Shown here: positions 39,296 to 48,014 of the stretch, one piece after another | How the letters are laid out: the number at the start of each line of letters is the position of its first letter | Numbering within the stretch: the first letter of the stretch is position 1 | IMG/VR virus record: IMGVR_UViG_3300008954_003475 | Location: 157,879-221,878 of that record | Strand: one strand, 5' to 3' | DNA: 64,000 bases | Program-made: the position numbers and the translations under genes | The notes under the pieces: generated by a model | Databases searched by the model: none | Seen by the model: the letters and a program-made list of their open reading frames with translations, nothing else | Told to the model about the DNA's origin: nothing

Positions 39296-39565
39296 TTATT
39301 CCATATTTATATGGTATGCCAAATATTTATAGAATCCTTCTTCATCTTCTACCTTAATCTTTTTAGGCATCCTCTCATAGCCATGCCTGATTAAAGAAAC
39401 ATTTTGTTCCCTATAATGAGCTTCGACTCTATCTTTCAGAACGGCCATTATAGCTCCATCAAAACTTAGCTTCAAAGAATCTTCAACCCCTGGGTGTTCA
39501 TCCAGCTTAAATCCTCTTAACTTATTTTTATGAAGTGGCTCGATAAGCCAAATGTATTTATCCAT
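39296..39565 (-). CDS. Hypothetical protein
   Basis: ORF; start set at MDKY after GAGGAG RBS. Confidence 0.6.
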   Translation of the reverse strand: MDKYIWLIEPLHKNKLRGFKLDEHPGVEDSLKLSFDGAIMAVLKDRVEAHYREQNVSLIRHGYERMPKKIKVEDEEGFYKYLAYHINME

Positions 39566-40436
39566 TACTAAGCTCCTCATTGGCTTGGTTTCTTTCCGCC
39601 TCAATGCGTTCAAGCCTTCTTTCTAACTTCTGCTTTGCATAGTAAAAAGGAGTACCCATAACAGAGGCGAGAAGATACTCTGGCAAACTATCAACAAGCT
39701 CGCTAACTACACGTTCATATTTTGAATCAGTAAATTGAAGCAGTAGTTCATCAGAGTTTGAATAAAGCTCTGTATTCTCAACTAAAGCTTTAAGTCCAGA
39801 AACAGAAGAATCTTCACTTCCATCGCTCCGAATTTTTCTAGCTGTTTTCTTTGTAAGAAAACCCTGTTCAACATAAAGCTTATACATCAAACCTCTAACC
39901 GGATACGACGGCTTTCCTTCTTTGGAGAAGAAGATTTGATTCTCTACATGCTCTTTCAAAGAAGCCGAATCAGACTTTGCAAATCCTTTAGAGATTTCTA
40001 CATATGATGGCCTTAAGTAATTATTAGAGTTTTGATAAACAGAAACAGCATTAAACAACGGCTTCCAATCATACCCCTCTATCATATTTGCAGCAGAAAT
40101 CATATAGTCTGCCTGACCATACCATACCTCTCGACTCTTACCATCTTCCTTCAACGAAGCTGTTAAGCCTTCAATCTTCTCTTTCCAAAAAGGTATTGAA
40201 TACAAATCTATCTCTGCCCTTTTAGCAGTAGAAAAAACCTCATTTAATGAGTCACAATTATCAATTGCATCATAGCGATTAGACAAAACATCAGGATGAT
40301 AAATTATCATTCTTCGCATCTTTTCAATTTCATCATCCACCTTATACCCTCTGTAGGTTCTTGCAAAAAGATGTTCAATACCCCTATGTATTAGCTTCTC
40401 CTTTGTCAAACCTATTTCAACAGAATTTTTAGACAT
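39558..40436 (-). CDS. Helical-repeat hypothetical protein (paralog family A)
   Basis: FTDSKYERVVSELVDSLPEYLLASVM aligns with 24822-25736. Confidence 0.7.
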   Translation of the reverse strand: MSKNSVEIGLTKEKLIHRGIEHLFARTYRGYKVDDEIEKMRRMIIYHPDVLSNRYDAIDNCDSLNEVFSTAKRAEIDLYSIPFWKEKIEGLTASLKEDGKSREVWYGQADYMISAANMIEGYDWKPLFNAVSVYQNSNNYLRPSYVEISKGFAKSDSASLKEHVENQIFFSKEGKPSYPVRGLMYKLYVEQGFLTKKTARKIRSDGSEDSSVSGLKALVENTELYSNSDELLLQFTDSKYERVVSELVDSLPEYLLASVMGTPFYYAKQKLERRLERIEAERNQANEELSNG

Positions 40437-40438
40437 AA

Positions 40439-40705
40439 TCACTCCCCATTTACCCAAGCCTTGAATTCATCAAGGTGGGCATTAAGAACTGCTATTCTAA
40501 CTGCATCGTCAAGATTATCCCAAGTTGGAGCAATATCTTTTAATGACATTTCCAAAAAAGAACTCTTCAACTCCTTATGATCTGTATCATAACTTCTGTT
40601 GCAGGTATTTACACCAATGGCAATAAGAAAGTTTAGCACTTCCTCCTTCGACATTACTTCTACTTCCTCTACAATTTCTAGAGGCACACTTTCTACGGCT
40701 GACAT
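40439..40705 (-). CDS. Hypothetical protein
   Basis: 88-aa ORF with GGAG RBS. Confidence 0.65.
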   Translation of the reverse strand: MSAVESVPLEIVEEVEVMSKEEVLNFLIAIGVNTCNRSYDTDHKELKSSFLEMSLKDIAPTWDNLDDAVRIAVLNAHLDEFKAWVNGE

Positions 40706-40775
40706 AAAACTCTCCTAATAAGACGAACCTAGCCTTACTGTTAAGTAATTGGTGGTAAAAGAAAATTAAAAACTT

Positions 40776-42380
40776 TTACGAGTTATCGTTAGTGATCGAT
40801 TCATATATTGCAACTTCCGTAGTTAACAACGTGCCACTAGCTGATGCTGCATTTTCCAAAGCTGATCTCACAACTTTTACTGGATCAATAATTCCGCTCT
40901 TTAACATATCATCAACATAACAATCATTAAAGGCATCGTATCCACTAAACATTTTTTTAGAATTGATTATTTTTTCCATATAAGAAAAGTGTTCAATTCC
41001 AGCATTTGTTAAAATCTGAACAAAAGGTGCCCGTATTGATTTCATTATTACATCAACACCAATCAACTCTTCTGTAATAAGAGAGGTATCATTTTTTAAT
41101 TTTTGCAATACAGGAATACAATGCAAAAGAGCCGCACCGCCGCCGGGGACTATACCCTCTTCTACAGCAGCCTTAACAGCGTTTATAGCATCTTCCACTC
41201 GATCCTTCCTTTCTTTTACCTCTGCCTCTGAAATACCACCGACTTTAAACACGGCCACAGAACCAGATAGTGCTGACAACCTTTGCTTTATAGAGGCTAT
41301 CTCATAAGTCTCAAGGCTCTGCTCCAGCTGTACCCTTAGAGTCTTAATGCGTTCATCTATCTCATCTTGAGGACAAACCCCATCTATGATAGTTGTATCG
41401 GCTCTTGTGACAAGCACTCTTCTTGCAGTACCTAAATGCTCAACAGATATATTTCTTAGTGGACAACCTGCTTCATTAGTAAATAAAGTTGTTCCACAAA
41501 CCGTTGCAATATCTGAAAGCATACCTCTTCTTATATCTCCGAACCCTGGCGCTCTTACGGCACAGGAGTGTAATGCTCCACGCGCCTTGTTAAGAACAAG
41601 GGTCTGCAAAGCCTCCCCTTCAGTAGTCTGAGATATAACCAACAGGGGTCTTGCCTGTTCTGAAACTGCTTCTAATATAGGAAGTATATCATATGTATTA
41701 GATATCCTTCCATCATAAACCAAAATTAATGGATTATCAAACTCTACAGTAAGCTTTTCTAGATTTGTAGCAAACGTGGGCGTTATATATCCTTTATCAA
41801 AGGTCATACCTTCCGTATATACTACAGCTGTTTCAAAGCCTGGAGCATCTTCTACAGATATCATTCCATGATCTCCAACAGCCGAAACAGCTTCTCCAAT
41901 AGTTGTGCCAAGACCTACATCATTATTTGAAGATACAATCGCTACATTCCTTATAGTCTCTTCATCATCAACAGACTTGCTAATATCCTTTAACTTTTTA
42001 ACAACTGTATTAACAGCTTTGTCTATCCCTCTTTTGATCAAGACCGGATTGTGACCAGCTGCAACCATTTTAGCCCCCTCTGTAAAAATAGATTGAGCTA
42101 AAACAGTTGCAGTGGTTGTTCCGTCACCTGCCGATGCATTTGTGGACGAAGCTACACTCTTAATGAGTTCTGCCCCCATGCTATGCATCTTATCCTCTAG
42201 AGTTATAGATCTAGCGACTGTAACTCCATCCTTGGTAATGAGTGGTGGGCCAAAGCTTCTTTCTATAGCTGCATGACGCCCCTTCGGTCCAAGCGTTGCC
42301 TTCACAGCATTAGCCAATACATCAAGCCCATCTTTAAGACCATTTCTTGCATCAGCGCTAAACTTAACTTCCTTGCCCAC
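40776..42380 (-). CDS. groEL: GroEL-like chaperonin
   Basis: [53 protein letters not shown]; lacks the GGM tail. Confidence 0.95.
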   Translation of the reverse strand: MGKEVKFSADARNGLKDGLDVLANAVKATLGPKGRHAAIERSFGPPLITKDGVTVARSITLEDKMHSMGAELIKSVASSTNASAGDGTTTATVLAQSIFTEGAKMVAAGHNPVLIKRGIDKAVNTVVKKLKDISKSVDDEETIRNVAIVSSNNDVGLGTTIGEAVSAVGDHGMISVEDAPGFETAVVYTEGMTFDKGYITPTFATNLEKLTVEFDNPLILVYDGRISNTYDILPILEAVSEQARPLLVISQTTEGEALQTLVLNKARGALHSCAVRAPGFGDIRRGMLSDIATVCGTTLFTNEAGCPLRNISVEHLGTARRVLVTRADTTIIDGVCPQDEIDERIKTLRVQLEQSLETYEIASIKQRLSALSGSVAVFKVGGISEAEVKERKDRVEDAINAVKAAVEEGIVPGGGAALLHCIPVLQKLKNDTSLITEELIGVDVIMKSIRAPFVQILTNAGIEHFSYMEKIINSKKMFSGYDAFNDCYVDDMLKSGIIDPVKVVRSALENAASASGTLLTTEVAIYESITNDNS

Positions 42381-42390
42381 CTTGCCTCCT

Positions 42391-42663
42391 TTACTCTGCT
42401 GTTGCAGCGGTATTTGTCTCGTTCGTACCAGCAGTTTCGACCGTACCAGTGATCGTGCCAGTGGCCTCTGTTGCTTCTCCCGTTACACTTGCCGTATTTG
42501 ATACCGCAGTAGTCTCCGCTGTAACTTCTTCAACAACACTTGCGGATTGACTGTTTGTTTCAAACGTATAATTGCCCCAAACTGTAGCGGCAACAACCGC
42601 CCCGGCCACAACTACCGCATGAACCTTGTACTTACTTATAAAATCTCTTACTTGACTTGACAT
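42391..42663 (-). CDS. Membrane-anchored Thr-rich small protein
   Basis: N-terminal hydrophobic helix followed by a T/E/A-rich tail. Confidence 0.65.
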   Translation of the reverse strand: MSSQVRDFISKYKVHAVVVAGAVVAATVWGNYTFETNSQSASVVEEVTAETTAVSNTASVTGEATEATGTITGTVETAGTNETNTAATAE

Positions 42664-42761
42664 AATATCTCCTTATTATATTTTACCCACAAATGGTTGC
42701 TTCCACAAGTGGTTCCTTTACGAAGGGATTATTGTACTCAAGGCTCAAAAAAACTCAACAA

Positions 42762-43427
42762 CTATTGAAAATCTGCTTCTGATTTCAACCTAACTATTCC
42801 GTCTTTTATAGAAACCCATGTTTGATGAGAAACCCAATCGCCACAATTTACATATGTCTTAATAGTTTGCTTATTATCTAACCAAATTATAGCCTCTGGA
42901 TGATGAGAGTGTCCCATTATAATCACATCAACATCATCATTCCACTTTAATATATCCCAAATCCTTCTTAGCTTTCTCTTTTTTAATTTATACTCAACAA
43001 ACCAAGTTGCCAAATCTAAATTAAATCTTCTCTCAAGCCAGTCATGACAGATAGATATAATCTTCATAAGAAAATCTTTTTTAATGATACCCTTCTCATA
43101 CCTGTCGCCATGCTCTATTCTTATCAATCTTCCGTTATCTTCAAATTCATATTTGTCAACAAACTTTAGATTATAAATACTCAACCCAATCAAGCCTTTT
43201 AGCGAATACTCATGATTTCCAACTACATAAATTATTTCTTTTGAAAAATCAATAGCTTCAATAATTTCCAAGAACCTTTTGGTAAAGGATGGAATCTTTA
43301 TAAGATCTATAATATCACCAGCCAGTATAAGCTGATCATATTCGACCTTTTTCAGAAAGGTTATTAACTCTTCTGCTTTATAATTTTTACTACCGATATG
43401 TATATCGGAAATAACCACTCTTTGCAT
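42762..43427 (-). CDS. Calcineurin-like metallophosphoesterase (LpxH-like)
   Basis: SDIHIG, GDIID, GNHE, EHGD, GHSH, NCGDW. Confidence 0.85.
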   Translation of the reverse strand: MQRVVISDIHIGSKNYKAEELITFLKKVEYDQLILAGDIIDLIKIPSFTKRFLEIIEAIDFSKEIIYVVGNHEYSLKGLIGLSIYNLKFVDKYEFEDNGRLIRIEHGDRYEKGIIKKDFLMKIISICHDWLERRFNLDLATWFVEYKLKKRKLRRIWDILKWNDDVDVIIMGHSHHPEAIIWLDNKQTIKTYVNCGDWVSHQTWVSIKDGIVRLKSEADFQ

Positions 43428-43444
43428 ATTCTACTTCACTAATC

Positions 43445-43762
43445 TCATGTGTCGATTGTTTCGGCATCATCCGATTCTTCTATCTTACTCTCTTTGCCTT
43501 TATTTTCCTCAGCTCTTTGCAGCCTCCTAAGCCTTCCTGAAATGCGCTCTGTTGCAAAAACAATCTCATCTTCATCAAGCTCTTCTGCAAAGAAGTAAAA
43601 GATAGCCTTTCCACCATCAGTGAGTCCCGACTCAAGTGCTTCTAGCTTTAGACGTAATTCATTAATTTGAATCATTTCCCTAAGCAACGCCTGTCCTGAT
43701 TCAAGAACCTTTGGATCTTCAACTCCATCAATCATTTCTCTAAAATCTTCTAGCCTTGGCAT
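43445..43762 (-). CDS. Hypothetical protein
   Basis: 105-aa ORF with AGGA RBS. Confidence 0.65.
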   Translation of the reverse strand: MPRLEDFREMIDGVEDPKVLESGQALLREMIQINELRLKLEALESGLTDGGKAIFYFFAEELDEDEIVFATERISGRLRRLQRAEENKGKESKIEESDDAETIDT

Positions 43763-43864
43763 TATATATTCCTAAATGTTTAAAAGTTAACAGTATAGTA
43801 TTACTACTAATAATATTGTAAAATTTGATTAAGCGTTTGTGCTTTATAAGTTGTTAAGGTTAAA

Positions 43865-45334
43865 ATGAAAAAAGATCTAAAATTATTATCATCAAAGTTA
43901 AAAGAGTATGGGGAATACGAAGCCTCCTTGTCTGTGAATGAATTGATAAAAAGTATAAGCGAAATACGCGATATATCGTTATTAAAAACTGCCGAAACCT
44001 CCGTGGCATCAGGCGATGTAGGAAGTGTGACTCAAGACTCAACAAACCCAGGTTTGGCAGGGTTTATTGAAGCTACTAGTCAGGAGCCGACCGTGACTGC
44101 TCCAACAAACCCAGGTTTGGCAGGGTTTATTGAAGCTACTAGTCAAGAGCCACAACCCCAACAAGCCTCGCAGTCTTTTGAAGATAATCCAGAGTTTAAA
44201 GCATGGTACAAAATCCTAGAAGATTATGAAAAAGTCCCAGGACGAGTAGAGAAGTTTCATGAAATATCAGACAAAATAATGTCAACAGTACTATCTCCTA
44301 TTTTAGGCCATAAAAAAGACCTAGTAGCGGAAGGCGCTCAAGAACCAAGCGAAGCCCAAAAGAATCATATGGCTTCAAAGATGAGAGAACAAGGCAGAAG
44401 CGTCAATACAGCCATGGAAATGTCAGAAGAAATGCAAGGTGGCGAAGAAGGCCCTTTGTTTATGACTGCATCAAACTTTTATATTAAACAAAAAAAAATT
44501 GCATCAACAAACAATTATCTAGACAACTACCTTTCAAGTATTGATCTGATGAATCATGACTTTAAATTAATATCTCTCGCAGCAAGCGAAGTAAACCCGA
44601 TGGGTATGTTGGAAATGATGGACAAAGAAGAAAGAGGACTATTAGGAGCGGTTGACCCAAGAACAGGGCAAACAAGCTGGGGAGAATTAGCTGGGGCTAA
44701 CAAGATCAAGCCAGCAGGCGTTAAGCCTGGACTTCTCGGCAGAGGAATGGCTGTTATCGGCATTTTGTTTTCTGGACCATTATTGGTTAAAAATTTAGTT
44801 GAAGCTATAAGAAATGGAAATACAATTGTTAATGAATTACCCTTGGAAAAATATGAAATATCAATAACTAGCGCACTCACCGGCCTTAGTGCAAATAAAC
44901 TTATTGGAAAAATAAGAAAAGCAATAAGAGAAAATCAAGAAAATCCAGAAGCTTTATATGAAATACTTGAAATTGCTAAAACATTATCTGCATATTGGCT
45001 TGATGTTATTTTCATGGTAACAAATGCATTAATGGCAATCATAGATATTCTAACACTAGTCGCTATGTTCGCAACGGCCCCACTTCCGATAGTGTCTGCT
45101 GCGGCTGGAGGCATTGGTATGCTTCTATCTATGGGCCTAATGGGATTAGAATTTGGTGCAGAATCTATGGTTCATAGTTATTGGGATGCTCAAAAACTAA
45201 AGATAAAGAAAATTGCAGAAAAAAATATAATATCCATGACAGGCGGGGAAGAAAAATCAGGTCTAATTGCCGGGGCCGAAGCGCCCACTATAACGTCTGA
45301 TACCTTTCAAGTGGCCGCATCATTAACAGGTTAG
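43865..45334 (+). CDS. Tag-family protein with C-terminal hydrophobic hairpin
   Basis: Only large plus-strand ORF; MKKDLKLLSSKLKEYG...LLKTA; two long hydrophobic segments near the C-terminus. Confidence 0.75.
   Translation: MKKDLKLLSSKLKEYGEYEASLSVNELIKSISEIRDISLLKTAETSVASGDVGSVTQDSTNPGLAGFIEATSQEPTVTAPTNPGLAGFIEATSQEPQPQQASQSFEDNPEFKAWYKILEDYEKVPGRVEKFHEISDKIMSTVLSPILGHKKDLVAEGAQEPSEAQKNHMASKMREQGRSVNTAMEMSEEMQGGEEGPLFMTASNFYIKQKKIASTNNYLDNYLSSIDLMNHDFKLISLAASEVNPMGMLEMMDKEERGLLGAVDPRTGQTSWGELAGANKIKPAGVKPGLLGRGMAVIGILFSGPLLVKNLVEAIRNGNTIVNELPLEKYEISITSALTGLSANKLIGKIRKAIRENQENPEALYEILEIAKTLSAYWLDVIFMVTNALMAIIDILTLVAMFATAPLPIVSAAAGGIGMLLSMGLMGLEFGAESMVHSYWDAQKLKIKKIAEKNIISMTGGEEKSGLIAGAEAPTITSDTFQVAASLTG
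44040..44145. repeat. 43-bp direct repeat, period 63 bp (TNPGLAGFIEATSQEP x2)
   Basis: CAACAAACCCAGGTTTGGCAGGGTTTATTGAAGCTACTAGTCA at 44040 and 44103. Confidence 0.9.
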
Positions 45335-45480
45335 ATCTCTAATGCCTTCTCAGAATCTTCTTTGTTGGCATTGGTTCTATCCCACCACTCTAACCACTCC
45401 TTCTCCCATTCCTCTTTAGACACCTGCTTAGAACGGCCACCCTTGTAAGAAAAGAAAAACTCAGTCTTTTTATCGCTCAT
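45331..45480 (-). CDS. Small hypothetical protein
   Basis: Start set at MSDKK; Trp-rich helix. Confidence 0.5.
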   Translation of the reverse strand: MSDKKTEFFFSYKGGRSKQVSKEEWEKEWLEWWDRTNANKEDSEKALEI

Positions 45481-45481
45481 G

Positions 45482-46288
45482 TTACACCTTTGCTTCTGGT
45501 TTAATCTCAATGTTTGCATATTCCAAACGCTTCTTTATATGCTCAGAAATTCTACTCCATCTGTCTCCTAAATCTAGAAAATAAAGTAATTCTTCATCTG
45601 ATAACTTTTGAATCAATGCTAGCATTTCCCAGGACCGATACCAACTAGCTGTATCTTTAACGTCTTTTAGTTTATCAATCCTGCCTCTAACATCTTCATC
45701 CGAAAGAGAATCAGCGGCGCTAATAGCCCGAGTTCTAATCCACGAACACTTGTCGTCCACAAGACTTTCGGCGCAATTATCAATACCAATTCTTTTTATA
45801 ACAACATTTCTAACAGAAGCGTTTGAATCTGAAACTAGATTCTTAAGCCTACTTACTGGCAAAACCTTAGCCGCTCGCAATCTTGCTCTAGAATCTTTTG
45901 ATTTCAACGCCTTACGAGAAGCTTTAAGCCTATCTTTTCCATATGTATAATCAATTGTATAACTCAAGAAGATACCTTCGGCACTCTCTATCAAAACTTT
46001 TCTTGCTCTACTGTTATACTGACATAACTCATGAACAACCGTTCCAAGAATTTGACCATAAGAACGACTGCTTGCGCTGGCGGGATAGCACAGATAAAAA
46101 GGATATTTATTCCAATGCTTATCCGAAACAAGCCTCTTCAATTCTTTATCAGTTAACTCTGAAAGGTAGTTACAAACTCTATCAATCCTTTTCTGTGCGG
46201 TATTCATACCGGTATTTCGGTCAATTGTCTTGTTTGAACTTTTTAAAACATTCAAAAAACTTCTTACAACCTTGCTTTCTTTCGTCAT
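45482..46288 (-). CDS. HEAT/LRV-like repeat protein (paralog family A)
   Basis: RARLRAAKVL..LVSDSNASVRNVVIKRIG..LVDDKCSWIRTRAI. Confidence 0.72.
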   Translation of the reverse strand: MTKESKVVRSFLNVLKSSNKTIDRNTGMNTAQKRIDRVCNYLSELTDKELKRLVSDKHWNKYPFYLCYPASASSRSYGQILGTVVHELCQYNSRARKVLIESAEGIFLSYTIDYTYGKDRLKASRKALKSKDSRARLRAAKVLPVSRLKNLVSDSNASVRNVVIKRIGIDNCAESLVDDKCSWIRTRAISAADSLSDEDVRGRIDKLKDVKDTASWYRSWEMLALIQKLSDEELLYFLDLGDRWSRISEHIKKRLEYANIEIKPEAKV

Positions 46289-46315
46289 TCTTTCCTCATC
46301 TTAAGGTTAAAACAA

Positions 46316-46344
46316 ATTATAGGTGTCCACTATAATATAGTCGA
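46316..46344 (-). promoter_or_regulatory. Sigma70-like promoter for 45482-46288
   Basis: Minus strand TCGACT-N17-TATAAT. Confidence 0.5.
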
Positions 46345-46367
46345 TGCCAATTCGAAGTTACATTTTT

Positions 46368-46409
46368 ATAAAAGTAGAGACAGAAGGATTTTAAGGCCTC
46401 CTGCCTCCG
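46368..46409 (-). terminator. Putative intrinsic terminator after hsp20
   Basis: GAGGCAGGAGG / CCUUCUGUCUC 11-bp stem with two GU pairs, then UACUUUU. Confidence 0.55.
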
Positions 46410-46418
46410 CCAGTCTTG

Positions 46419-46895
46419 TTATCCTATATCAATAACTCTTGCAACTCTCTTATCCTTATCCGGTTCGACTTTTGGAATTTCTAAAGTCAAAACTCCGTCA
46501 GAACAAGAGGCTGTGATTTCATCCTGATTTAAGTGTTCACCTAAAGCGAAAGATCTTTGAAACTTAGATCTCTTAAGCTCCCTTCTTACGAAGGATGCAT
46601 CAGAATATTCATCGTTCTGTCTTTTATCTCCGGACAGTGTCAACACATCGTCCTTTAATTCAACAGCAATATCTTTTTTGGTCATACCTGGAATTGCCGC
46701 CTCTATTACGACCCTATCCTTTAAATCAAGGACATTAACCTTTGGATAAGAACCCTTTACAAAAAAGTCGTCCCCAAAAGTTTTAGCTAGTCCAGAGTAA
46801 CTATCGTTAAAAAATTCGTTAATTAACGAATCAAATGGTGTAATAAGTTCTGCGTGTGAAAAAGCTTTACGCCTTTGTAATCTATTTTTGCTCAT
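46419..46895 (-). CDS. Small heat-shock protein Hsp20 (second copy)
   Basis: YPKVNV, EAAIPGMTKKDI, RRELKRSKFQRSF, DGVLTLEIPK. Confidence 0.92.
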   Translation of the reverse strand: MSKNRLQRRKAFSHAELITPFDSLINEFFNDSYSGLAKTFGDDFFVKGSYPKVNVLDLKDRVVIEAAIPGMTKKDIAVELKDDVLTLSGDKRQNDEYSDASFVRRELKRSKFQRSFALGEHLNQDEITASCSDGVLTLEIPKVEPDKDKRVARVIDIG

Positions 46896-46979
46896 ACTAT
46901 CTCCTTTATGAGTTGTTTTAAACTTAGCCTTATAAGGTCTAAGGGTTAAGAGTGCCCAGCATGAGTCACTCTCAAAGTT

Positions 46980-47007
46980 AATATACTCACTTGCTTTAAT
47001 AAGTCAA
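46980..47007 (-). promoter_or_regulatory. Sigma70-like promoter for hsp20
   Basis: Minus strand TTGACT-N16-TATATT upstream of a structured leader. Confidence 0.55.
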
Positions 47008-47540
47008 GTTATTTTTTTTAAATATTGTCTATAATATTCATTCATAACAGCCGTTCCTGTCTGACTAACATTAAGACAGTAACCGGGACCGGGCATTGGG
47101 ATATAAATAGTATCATTATTAATGACTAAATCACCAGGAACCCCGGTTGATTCATGCCCTAACAATAAGATTGTTTTCTTATCAAACGAGAACTTATAAT
47201 CATATATGCTTATTGCCGTGTCGCAAAGCTCTATAGCCACTATCTTGTAGCCATTATCTCTGGCATATTTAGAAAACTCTAAAGTATTAGAGAATGATTT
47301 TATAGAAACATAGTCATAAAGAGAACCAGATTTTGCTTTTAAAAAGCTTCTGTCTGGAACCTTGCCTATGATAAACACTTCTGATATACCAAAACATGCA
47401 GCGCTTCTTATTAAGAAGGCTACATTTTCATCAAAATCAAAGCTAATAGCGGCCACAGCAGCAGGTATCTCAACAGAGCTAGCCTTCTTCTTATCATAAC
47501 GCTGTCTGCGACTATTAGCTCTATGCTTGTCTAAAAACAT
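47004..47540 (-). CDS. SpoU/TrmH-family (SPOUT) RNA methyltransferase
   Basis: ENVAFLIRSAACFG, LLLGHESTGVP, IPMPG..CLNVS. Confidence 0.88.
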   Translation of the reverse strand: MFLDKHRANSRRQRYDKKKASSVEIPAAVAAISFDFDENVAFLIRSAACFGISEVFIIGKVPDRSFLKAKSGSLYDYVSIKSFSNTLEFSKYARDNGYKIVAIELCDTAISIYDYKFSFDKKTILLLGHESTGVPGDLVINNDTIYIPMPGPGYCLNVSQTGTAVMNEYYRQYLKKIT

Positions 47541-47570
47541 ATTTTCAGCCTACCGAAAGAATTGTTTTTT

Positions 47571-48014
47571 TCAAGTGTTCATATCGACTATTTTATATAC
47601 TCTTCCAAATTTAGAAAACTTCTTTCCATTAGAAATAAGTTCTGCCAAACTTAATAAGAAAGCTCCTTCTTCTTCTTTATATCTCTGACTGCTTACTTTT
47701 CTAACACTCTCCAGCTCTTCTGTCTTTTCTTTCCATATCTTTAAGAAATCAGCTGGAGAGTCTCCGGTCAAAGACTTAAAATATTTATCATAATCAGACA
47801 AAGTTGCTGCGCTATTACCCTCTTTTGCAGACCACTCTTTATCTGATTCTAAAACTTTTTTACTTTTAGATATAGAGGATACTACCATAGATTCGTCTGA
47901 CCTCAAAGACTCAGAAAGAACCCATCCAAAAGAAGTTGTATCGCCAACGCTTTCTTCATGATAAGAATAAAGCTTGTTGATCTTATACTTTTTTATAAAA
48001 TCATCCACCTTCAT
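47571..48014 (-). CDS. Hypothetical protein
   Basis: ORF; start set at MKVDD, overlapping the glnII stop. Confidence 0.6.
   Translation of the reverse strand: MKVDDFIKKYKINKLYSYHEESVGDTTSFGWVLSESLRSDESMVVSSISKSKKVLESDKEWSAKEGNSAATLSDYDKYFKSLTGDSPADFLKIWKEKTEELESVRKVSSQRYKEEEGAFLLSLAELISNGKKFSKFGRVYKIVDMNT

Noticed and set aside
42762-43427. Assignment as a true LpxH lipid A enzyme
   Set aside because: Only generic calcineurin-like motifs are visible and there are no other lipid A genes; substrate cannot be assigned
44040-44145. 43-bp direct repeats as a mini CRISPR array
   Set aside because: Only two copies, in frame (63-bp period) inside a CDS, encoding a peptide duplication; no cas operon
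46948-46975. CIRCE (HrcA operator) upstream of hsp20
   Set aside because: Half-sites are in the opposite arrangement (GAGTG...CACTC) to TTAGCACTC-N9-GAGTGCTAA; better explained as an RNA hairpin
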